A DNA stretch of 63,126 nt, counting the filler, from Craspedostauros australis (taxonomy: Eukaryota): the NCBI GenBank assembly GCA_030167865.1. It is 7 parts of 7 records of this genome, joined end to end, with 100 filler letters (N's around TTAATTAATTAA, not from the genome) between each part and the next. Parts side by side here need not be neighbours in the genome. Positions count along the whole stretch, not along the records: positions 18,629 to 40,756 come from JALAGF010006369.1; positions 40,857 to 44,890 come from JALAGF010006370.1; positions 44,991 to 57,478 come from JALAGF010006371.1; 4 more parts are not named here. One strand, 5' to 3'. A model generated the notes under the pieces. It made no database searches, had not been told where the DNA came from, and saw only the letters and a list, made by a program, of their open reading frames with translations. The translations under genes and the position numbers were made by a program. Positions 36,765-44,991 of the stretch are shown piece by piece; the first letter of the stretch is position 1; each line of letters begins with the position of its first letter.

Positions 36765-39368
36765 ATGAAGGCAACCAAACATGTTCGAATCGCAGATGAC
36801 AAAGCCGACGACGTTGAGATGATGGATGAGCAAGGACCAGCTGTGCAAACAGCAGCTCCGAAGCCACCTCCCAAGCCAAATCCGAGAGCAATCGAAGAAG
36901 AGGCGATGGAGAAACGGGGAGAAATAGCGACGGAGTGGAAAGATCCGAACACCGCGTGCTGGAAGAAGCTTCATGACACGATCATCCAACAAGCCAAAGC
37001 CTTCCAGCCAGAAGAGATGTATGGGGAAGAGGACAGAGCCTTGCACAACCAGACGAAGAAGACCCTGGTCATGAAAGCGAGGTGGGAGAAAAGCGACACG
37101 TCAATGGTGTCGGCGTACATGCCCACAATCAGCGAGATGACAGCCTTTTTCCAGACGGTGATGGATGGGCGCACAACCAAGCTGGGGAAAACAAAANNNN
37201 NNNNNNNNNNNNNNNNNNNNNNNNNNNNNNNNNNNNNNNNNNNNNNGCCCACAATCAGCGAGATGACAGCCTTTTTCCAGACGGTGATGGATGGGCGCAC
37301 AACCAAGCTGGGGAAAACAAAAGTGAACTCGGACGATCCTGCGCGAGTTGCCATCAAACAACTCGTGACAGATTTGTCTCTCACCAACCCAATCCGATGC
37401 TTCGTAGACGCGCTCAAGCCAGGCCACAAGACAATGTCGGCAAACCAGATGACTGTACTATGGGCAGCAGCAACAAACTACATGGGCTGCCAATACATGG
37501 AAGAGCACGCGCCACCAGAAGTTGACTCCGATAACGAGAAGATGAAAGTGGACAGCGACGACGAAAGCTACGACCTAGAGGCACTCATGACAAAGAAGCC
37601 TCTCAAACAAGCCAATCTGACAGCGTACACAACAGCAACGAAAATCACATCTCCAGCTCCACGCGACGCGGCCGGCAATCTCAAAGCGGCAAGAGCTCCA
37701 ACGGAAAAAGAGCGGCAAGCAGGCAATGACGAAGAAGCCAGCGAAGGATGGACACTTCTACAAAAGAAAGACAAACAGCAGATGTCCACTCCTAGGCGAC
37801 GCTACTACGAGCGTTTCGAGATGAGATTGAAGATCCCAAAANGTTCGAAAACACCGGTTCGAGATTTCCAGGAAAGGTTCCGACTGTGGTACGAAGAGGC
37901 TTCGAGCATGGACAAAAGCTTGATCATCAGTCCTTGGTACAAGAAGAACAAGGCCAAAGGCTGCATAGTCACGGCGGATGATATACCAGCGGCATGGAAG
38001 GATCTGAGATACTTCGTCGGTAAAGCCAACCCAACATCCAAGAGCGAAGACNNNNNNNNNNNNNNNNNNNNNNNNNNNNNNNNNNNNNNNNNNNNNNNNN
38101 NCCTGTCCTCAAACATGGACATGCAAATGTTCACCAGCTGGAACACGGAGCTTGAAGGAGCCTACGGCGAGGGTGAGTACTCTTATATCCAAGATCTGAA
38201 GGATGCAGAGCATACCACAGAGATCGGATTCATGGCGTACTCCGGGAACTTCACCAAGGCCAAGCAAGCCTTGTCCGTCATCAACCAACTGTTGGAAGGA
38301 AAAAGAGCAAAGCTCAAAGTCGGTGGCCGGGTGAAATACATGGGGAAGGTGTCAGAGGACGTGAAGGAGCAGCATCTGCAGCTCGGCGGCAGCTGGTACA
38401 ATGCTCCGTGGATGGCCCTACATCTTCATGCAGACGTCAAAGACGCCCGCAGGGCCTCCAAACTGCTCGGCAAGATTTTCAACACCAAGGACGGAGACAG
38501 AGGTGGACTCAATTACCGGTATGTTCCAAAACCCGGAACATCAGTGATGGGGGCGAAGACAGCCGCGAAGGTACAGGCAATGACAAGGAAACACCAAAGC
38601 TACGTCCACCGGCTCAAGTACGAGCAGCTCAAAGGCGACTTCGCACTGGATGTCAAAGATCAGGAGACCCAAACCATCACGCTTCGAGAATTCCTCTCCA
38701 AACAAACCATCGATGGGTGCCCAATGATCCATGACGTCAGCACAACGCACATGTCAGACGGCAAGGAAGACGCAATCCATATCGTCGCATTCGAAGAGCG
38801 ATATGCGCAGGCGGTCGGTCTAATCCACACCATTGGGATTCGATGCTCCTCGGAGATCAATGAATCCACCAACAAGTGGTTCTCCGAAGACATTGTCGCC
38901 ATGAGCAGCAACATGATCAAGGACGACAACGGCGAATACGTGGATGTTGAGACAGAAGAAGAGATGGATTTTCTCCTAGACGAAGGTTTTGGAAACGTCA
39001 TCATCGAGGGCATCAACATCATGGAAAGCGACAACGAGGCACCGAAACGCAAGAAGGCACGACTGGAAGACGAAAGCTTCAAGACCTTTGGAACGGAGTA
39101 TGGGAAGTCTGTGGCATCGTCTAGGTACACAATCCCTGAGTCACAAACAGCAATAGACGAAAGAGAAGCGATCGACGCGGAGCTTGAAGAAGCAATGCGA
39201 ATGGCGAGAGAAGCTCAAGAACTGGAGGCAAGCCGTGTTCGAGTGCAAGAACAAAGGAACACTATAGCTAGCCAGGAAACAATCATCGCGGCTCTGCGCG
39301 CCCAGCTAGAGGCGTCCGGCGCTCCGCTACCTGCCTCAAGCACGGGTGGGAGCGAGGGCCAAGAATAA
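36765..39368 (+). CDS. LINE ORF1 protein (~850 aa, C-terminal coiled coil)
   Basis: Uninterrupted apart from N gaps. Homologous to the 2711-5030 remnant. Lies directly upstream of the endonuclease ORF. Confidence 0.75.
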   Translation: MKATKHVRIADDKADDVEMMDEQGPAVQTAAPKPPPKPNPRAIEEEAMEKRGEIATEWKDPNTACWKKLHDTIIQQAKAFQPEEMYGEEDRALHNQTKKTLVMKARWEKSDTSMVSAYMPTISEMTAFFQTVMDGRTTKLGKTKXXXXXXXXXXXXXXXXXPTISEMTAFFQTVMDGRTTKLGKTKVNSDDPARVAIKQLVTDLSLTNPIRCFVDALKPGHKTMSANQMTVLWAAATNYMGCQYMEEHAPPEVDSDNEKMKVDSDDESYDLEALMTKKPLKQANLTAYTTATKITSPAPRDAAGNLKAARAPTEKERQAGNDEEASEGWTLLQKKDKQQMSTPRRRYYERFEMRLKIPKXSKTPVRDFQERFRLWYEEASSMDKSLIISPWYKKNKAKGCIVTADDIPAAWKDLRYFVGKANPTSKSEDXXXXXXXXXXXXXXXXXLSSNMDMQMFTSWNTELEGAYGEGEYSYIQDLKDAEHTTEIGFMAYSGNFTKAKQALSVINQLLEGKRAKLKVGGRVKYMGKVSEDVKEQHLQLGGSWYNAPWMALHLHADVKDARRASKLLGKIFNTKDGDRGGLNYRYVPKPGTSVMGAKTAAKVQAMTRKHQSYVHRLKYEQLKGDFALDVKDQETQTITLREFLSKQTIDGCPMIHDVSTTHMSDGKEDAIHIVAFEERYAQAVGLIHTIGIRCSSEINESTNKWFSEDIVAMSSNMIKDDNGEYVDVETEEEMDFLLDEGFGNVIIEGINIMESDNEAPKRKKARLEDESFKTFGTEYGKSVASSRYTIPESQTAIDEREAIDAELEEAMRMAREAQELEASRVRVQEQRNTIASQETIIAALRAQLEASGAPLPASSTGGSEGQE

Positions 39369-40756
39369 GGCAAGGCTGGGGGCAGGCGAAGCATCGTCAA
39401 CCACCCCCGCAAGCCTAACGGATGCAATCCCGGAGGAAAGGCGCCAGGAAGGGCCAGACCTCCTCGACCGGCACTGGGGGGATTCTACGCGCACCAAGGG
39501 CAGCACCTTATTACGCATTGCTGCCCTGAACGTGGGATGTCTGCAGACCGGCTCGAACCACTGGAAGAACGACGATCTCTGGCAATGGGTCAAGAGGCTA
39601 CAAATCGACGTTGTCCTCCTATCAGAGATAGGAATCAACTGGTCGAAGATCGGCCGAATGAACTCATGGAAGACGAGATCCAAGAAACATGTACACATGG
39701 AAAGACACTCCTTGTCGTACAATGAGAGAGAGAAGATGGGAGGGCCAAGACAATGGGGGGGAACCGCATGTACTATGGTGGGGAATGTCACAGGCAGATA
39801 CAAAAGCAGAGACAACGACCCGGAGAAGATGGGACGATGGGCAAGCATGGCGGTGAGAGGGCGGCAAGATACAACGATTCGGTTTGTAAGCATCTATATC
39901 CCAAACAAAGGAGGACAAAGCGCCGGGACAGTCTACAACCAACAAGCATCGTGGCTGGAGTCACAAGGCAACAATACATCACCCATCGCACAGTTGATCA
40001 AAGACCTGGAAGTATCCATGCAACAGTGGAGAGACGCAGGCGAGACAGTGATAGTCGGGGGCGATATTAACATGCCAGTGGGACGATCTCAAATGGCGGA
40101 GATGATGACACGCCAACGAATGAAGGAGGCAATCCTTAGTCACCACCCCACAGCTCCAGGCCTTTCAACCAATATACGAGCCAACTCGGACAGAGTCATC
40201 GACGGCATATGGGTTCCAGAGTCGCTTCAAGTGGTGCGGTCAGGATACAGCCAATTCGGACCCTGGGATCATCGAACAGCATGGATAGAGATCGCACAAG
40301 AATCAGTGTTCGGAACGGCCAGCAAGCCTACGCAAAAATTCGAAGGGCGACGGGTCCGTCTCAACCGACCAGTGACAGTCCGAAGGTATCAAGCCGAAGT
40401 CCTGAAGCAATACAAGAGTAAGGACGTGATTCAGAGAGTCGGTCAGTTGCGAGCCGAGGTGGGAAAGTCAGAACAGCTCACGAAAGATCAGAGGGAAGAA
40501 ATGGAAGCCATCGACGCAGACAGAACGCGAATCATGTTAAGCGCGGAAAAAGGGGCCCGGAAAATATACACAGGCAAGGTTCCATTCTCTCCAATCATAA
40601 AGCAGAAAGCCATGGAGAAGCAGTTCTGGAACCTGGCATGGAAACGGCGGGAAGGAAAAAAGGTGAGCTCTCGATGGTATGAACGAGCAAAGAAACAAGC
40701 AGGGATAACGATCCGCACTGCCATCCTCAGCAAGGAGGACCTGGACGAGAAGCGGC
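39346..40756 (+). CDS. LINE ORF2, AP-endonuclease domain (partial)
   Basis: LRIAALNVGCL, DVVLLSEIGINW, MGRWASM, IRFVSIYIP, VIVGGDIN, IDGIW, WDHRTAWIEI are the ordered APE motifs. Confidence 0.9.
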
Positions 40757-40800
40757 NNNNNNNNNNNNNNNNNNNNNNNNNNNNNNNNNNNNNNNNNNNN

Positions 40801-40812
40801 TTAATTAATTAA
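40801..40812. other. Artificial scaffold linker TTAATTAATTAA
   Basis: Same 12-mer within N runs. Confidence 0.97.
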
Positions 40813-40856
40813 NNNNNNNNNNNNNNNNNNNNNNNNNNNNNNNNNNNNNNNNNNNN

Positions 40857-43100
40857 CAGCCCGCCGTGATCATCCACATGCTGCAACACCACCTGCAGCA
40901 CATGGATATCGAAGGTTGATCGAATGTAGGCTGCGACTGATAGAGCATATTGGAGATCATGTGGTTGATCCTTGAGCTGCATCTCGATGATGGCCACGAT
41001 GTTGTCACCGATGGGAAGATCGCTACCGCCACCGGTGGATTGATTCAGATCCCATTCCCATCTCTTGGAGTTGCGATTGTGGAGGATGATGCCCCGTCTC
41101 TTGAGCTCTTCGATGGCCTGAAGCGTGAAGTAGACGTTGCCGTGGGTCTTGTTGTGGATCTTGGATACCAGCACCTTGAGGTCGTCGTCATCGCGGGATC
41201 GATGAAGGAGGCGAGACAGCCACTGGGTGCAGTCTGTCACGGATAAATCACCCAGAGTGATCTGCTCCAGTTGTCTGGTGCTCGGGTTGATGTCGATGTT
41301 GACGTCGATGTTGACATCAATGTTGACATCATCCTGGGACAGCAGCCGGTCGAGAAACGATGTTTGCAAGGGTGCATATGGCGAGAGTTCCATTGCTTGA
41401 TGGTTGTGAGGATCTGTCTCCTGTCGGATCGCACCGAGCAACATGAAGTTGTTGAGACCAGTATCGGTGAGAAGGGACGCCAGAAGATCCAGTCCGGCTG
41501 CGGATGACCATTGCAGATCGTCAAGGAAGAGGTAGACGGGTCGTTGCGGAGTGGAGATGGCCTTCATGAACTGGATGAAGATGTAGCANNNNNNNNNNNN
41601 NNNNNNNNNNNNNNNNNNTGTGGCTGCGTTGTTACTGGTATCTCCGCCAACGTCAACTACCTCCGACATGGCGTGGCCAAGCACGCTGTTGGTGGATACG
41701 GATCGATTGCTCAGGTCATTGTTGGATGTGGCACGCTGCACGCTTCTCTTTGATGGAGTTGATGTGCCGGTCATGACACTCGAGGATGATCCCACAGTGT
41801 CGGAGACCAGTATCGACAGAGATGGGACGACTGCGATCAAAGCTGCCATGGCCGAGTGATTGTGAGCCGGAGTGCCGATGTGCATCTGGCTGACCGAGTC
41901 GTCGTGAGTGATGTTGTCTTGGTCTTGGTCGGCGACGTCGNNNNNNNNNNNNNNNNNNNNNNNNNNNNNNNNNNNNNNNNNNNNNNNNNNTGACCATTGC
42001 AGATCGTCAAGGAAGAGGTAGACGGGTCGTTGCGGAGTGGAGATGGCCTTCATGAACTGGATGAAGATGTAGCACAGCCGGTTCCATGCACTCTGGGAGC
42101 TAGTTGTGGCTGCGTTGTTACTGGTATCTCCGCCAACGTCAACTACCTCCGACATGGCGTGGCCAAGCACGCTGTTGGTGGATACGGATCGATTGCTCAG
42201 GTCATTGTTGGATGTGGCACGCTGCACGCTTCTCTTTGATGGAGTTGATGTGCCGGTCATGACACTCGAGGATGATCCCACAGTGTCGGAGACCAGTATC
42301 GACAGAGATGGGACGACTGCGATCAAAGCTGCCATGGCCGAGTGATTGTGAGCCGGAGTGCCGATGTGCATCTGGCTGACCGAGTCGTCGTGAGTGATGT
42401 TGTCTTGGTCTTGGTCGGCGACGTCGATGTCTGTGGCGAATGCGCTTTGTACGCATCGTCGCACTCGCTCGAGCTCATCAGCAGACCCTTGCTGGAGCTG
42501 GGTCGTGAAGTCATCGAGTGCTTGGATGATGGCGGAGAATGGATCATTACTGCCAGTGTACTCGTCGTACTTTCCACGCATCATGTAGCAGCAGGAGCAT
42601 CGTTGTTGTGCCTGCTGCTGATCTTGGTGCTCATCTGAGTGCTTGTTTGACTGGCCTCTGACCCCGCAGGAGCAGCATGTTTGATTGAGAAAGTGCTCGA
42701 TGAGCAGGGACTTTCCGGTTCCGCTGGTTCCCCAAACCAAGGCAGCTGGGAAGATGAGTTGGTTGTCGTGGATGCGCTGTCGGGTGTTGCGCAGATGCTG
42801 CAGCTCTTCATCTCTTCCGAAGAAGAAGAAGTCAGCGCTAAGTTGATTCGGGACGTGCGGAGGCATCGCCGCGAAACTGGACGAAGACACGGAATCTGTT
42901 TCCTCAGTTTCGCTCGACTTGAGAGCCGGGGTGATAGTGGAGCTGGCCTCCGTTGAAGTTGTCTGTTGCGGAGTGTCGGCTGAAGACGACTCCGTACCTG
43001 TAGAGCTATCATAGGTGGTGCACATGTTGTCCTTCATGGTGGTACGACTACTAGTATTGAATGCAGTGTTGGCGGTGCTCTTGGCTTTATCAGTGTTCAT
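40857..43100 (-). CDS. STAND-class NTPase (AAA_16/COG3899-like), paralog A, N-terminal half; continues at 44992-47709
   Basis: FFGRDEELQHL, Walker A GTSGTGKS, GKYDEY..PFSAI, Walker B LFLDDLQWS, KTHGNVYF, WEWD. Contains an assembly-duplicated segment. Confidence 0.88.
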
Positions 43101-43354
43101 TTTATGACATGCATAATCGTGCCTTTGTTGGTGGTGCTGTGGGTGCTGATACTGAAGACGTGATGCATTTGGCGGCGTGTGATGTCTCACCGACCCCAAC
43201 GAAGGAACAATGTCATGACGGTCATCCGCGAGAGTGATGATGCCAACTGTCGAAGTGCACATACTCGTAACGAGGATGCCGTGAGCCACAACCAACGTCA
43301 CCACAACGCGGATGTGACTTGTCAACTTCCCCGGGCTGATCCTAATTGCTACGG

Positions 43355-43358
<4 letters not shown>

Positions 43359-43388
<30 letters not shown>
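43359..43388 (+). repeat. (GT)15 microsatellite
   Basis: Read directly. Confidence 0.95.
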
Positions 43389-43391
<3 letters not shown>

Positions 43392-43437
43392 GTTGAGTTG
43401 TGCCCATTAAGAGGGCCCATGGAAGGTCCCATGGGAT

Positions 43438-43600
43438 TGTGAGCTTATTCTACTGTGGTCTTGACTTTGCGTCAAGTTTGCTAAATGTTGCGTGCGTTGC
43501 AGGCGCTCCTAATCGTGGCGTTGCTAGCGCAGCGGCGTACTGGTTCGGGTCTGGTGTCGTATCGACCAGCTGGACTAATTCATGATAACACTCGCCCTCA
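43438..43600 (-). mobile_element. Polypurine tract (43600-43591) and start of the 3' LTR (from 43590) of the Copia element; distal LTR end uncertain
   Basis: Minus strand reads pol stop, 13 nt, TGAGGGCGAG, TGTTATCATG. A possible end is ...CTCACA at 43438. Confidence 0.6.
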
Positions 43601-43613
43601 GGTGTTGATTGCG

Positions 43614-44890
43614 TTACCAACCCATGATCAGCTTTCGGGCTGCCACGAATTTGGCTCGCGCCAATGGCTTCGTCATGATGTCGGCTTTCTGCAGAGTTGA
43701 AACGATGTACTTGATTTCGAAGGATCCTTTCTTGAGGTGAGATCGAAACCAATGGTATTTGATGGCGATGTGTTTTGATCTTGGTGTCATCCGCGGCGGC
43801 TCTGTTGTTGCTAAGGTGATGGCTGCTTGGTTATCCTCGTAGATGGTGGTCAGTTCCGATTCTGCTGTTGATTTGATGTGGAAGGTGTGCATGAGTTGTT
43901 TGAGAGCATTCTTGAGCGGTATGACTGATCTCATTGCGGTTGAAAGTGCGATGTACTCTGCTTCTTGTGTTGACATGGCGATTTCGGACTGAATCTTGGA
44001 TTTCCAAATAATGGGCATATTACCAAGGGTGATGATGAATCCAGTGCGGGATCGGACGGAGTTAGGATCTTGAGGATCTTCCTTGCCCCAGACTCCGGCA
44101 AAGTCGGCGTCAACGTAGCAGTCCATGGAGCCGATTGCTGATCGTTTAACTTGGATGCCTTGGTCTTTCGTTCCGAGGAGGTAGCGTCCGATGCGTTTGA
44201 GTGCAAGTTCATGAGGATGTTTCGGATCGTGGCTGAATCGAGCGCATTGATTGATGGCAAATGCGCAGTCTGGTCTTGTGTTCGTGCCAAGATACATCAT
44301 CATTCCCAATACGGATCTGTAATTGAATTGATTGGAAATGGGATCAGCATCTGGATTCTTGCCAAGAGTGGCGTCTGCTGGAGTTACGCGGGAGGATCCT
44401 TGTTGCAGTCCGAGGGCTTCAATGACTTTGGCTGTGAGGCCAGGCTGAGAAAGCTTGATTTGGTCATCGTTGGATTTCTCGATCTTTATACCGAGGTATG
44501 CAGAGAGATCTCCTTCGCATGTGAGGTCAAAACCTTCTTGATGCAGCTGTTGGATAGTCGATTGAACGATTTCCATCGTTGTGCCACAGAGGATTGCATC
44601 ATCCACGTAGACGCAAATGATGATGTTGCTCTTGAGGAACAGACAGGGATCTTGCTCGGCCATTCTGAATCCAAATTTGTTGCTGATGAGGGCGTCGCGA
44701 AGATGTTCGTACCACAGGCGTGGTGCTCTTCGGTCGCCATAAAGACTCTTGTTGACTTGTAGGATCGGGCGGTCCTTCTCTGGAATGTTTGGATTGTTGA
44801 TAGGAATCGGTCCAGGAGGAGGAAGCATGTAGATGGGAGCAGGCAGATGAGATTGAACAAATGCGTTTTTGAAATCAATTGATTGAGTGT
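43614..44890 (-). mobile_element. Ty1/Copia (CoDi-like) pol, RT plus RNase H, uninterrupted; 5' part beyond scaffold end
   Basis: IDFKNAFVQS, KSLYG..APRLW, DPCLF, YVDD, YLGI, TRPDCAFAI, YVDADFAG, STQEAEYIALS, IYEDNQAAI, RSKHIAIKYHWFR, ADIMTKPL. No stops. Confidence 0.96.
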
Positions 44891-44934
44891 NNNNNNNNNN
44901 NNNNNNNNNNNNNNNNNNNNNNNNNNNNNNNNNN

Positions 44935-44946
44935 TTAATTAATTAA
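44935..44946. other. Artificial scaffold linker TTAATTAATTAA
   Basis: Same 12-mer within N runs. Confidence 0.97.
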
Positions 44947-44991
44947 NNNNNNNNNNNNNNNNNNNNNNNNNNNNNNNNNNNNNNNNNNNNT

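Larger units (their letters stand above)
36600..40756 (+). mobile_element. APE-type non-LTR retrotransposon (Ambal-like LINE), 5' part; truncated by scaffold end
   Basis: AC-rich 5' leader, long ORF1, then overlapping ORF2 with an AP-endonuclease domain. The 5' boundary is approximate. Confidence 0.85.
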
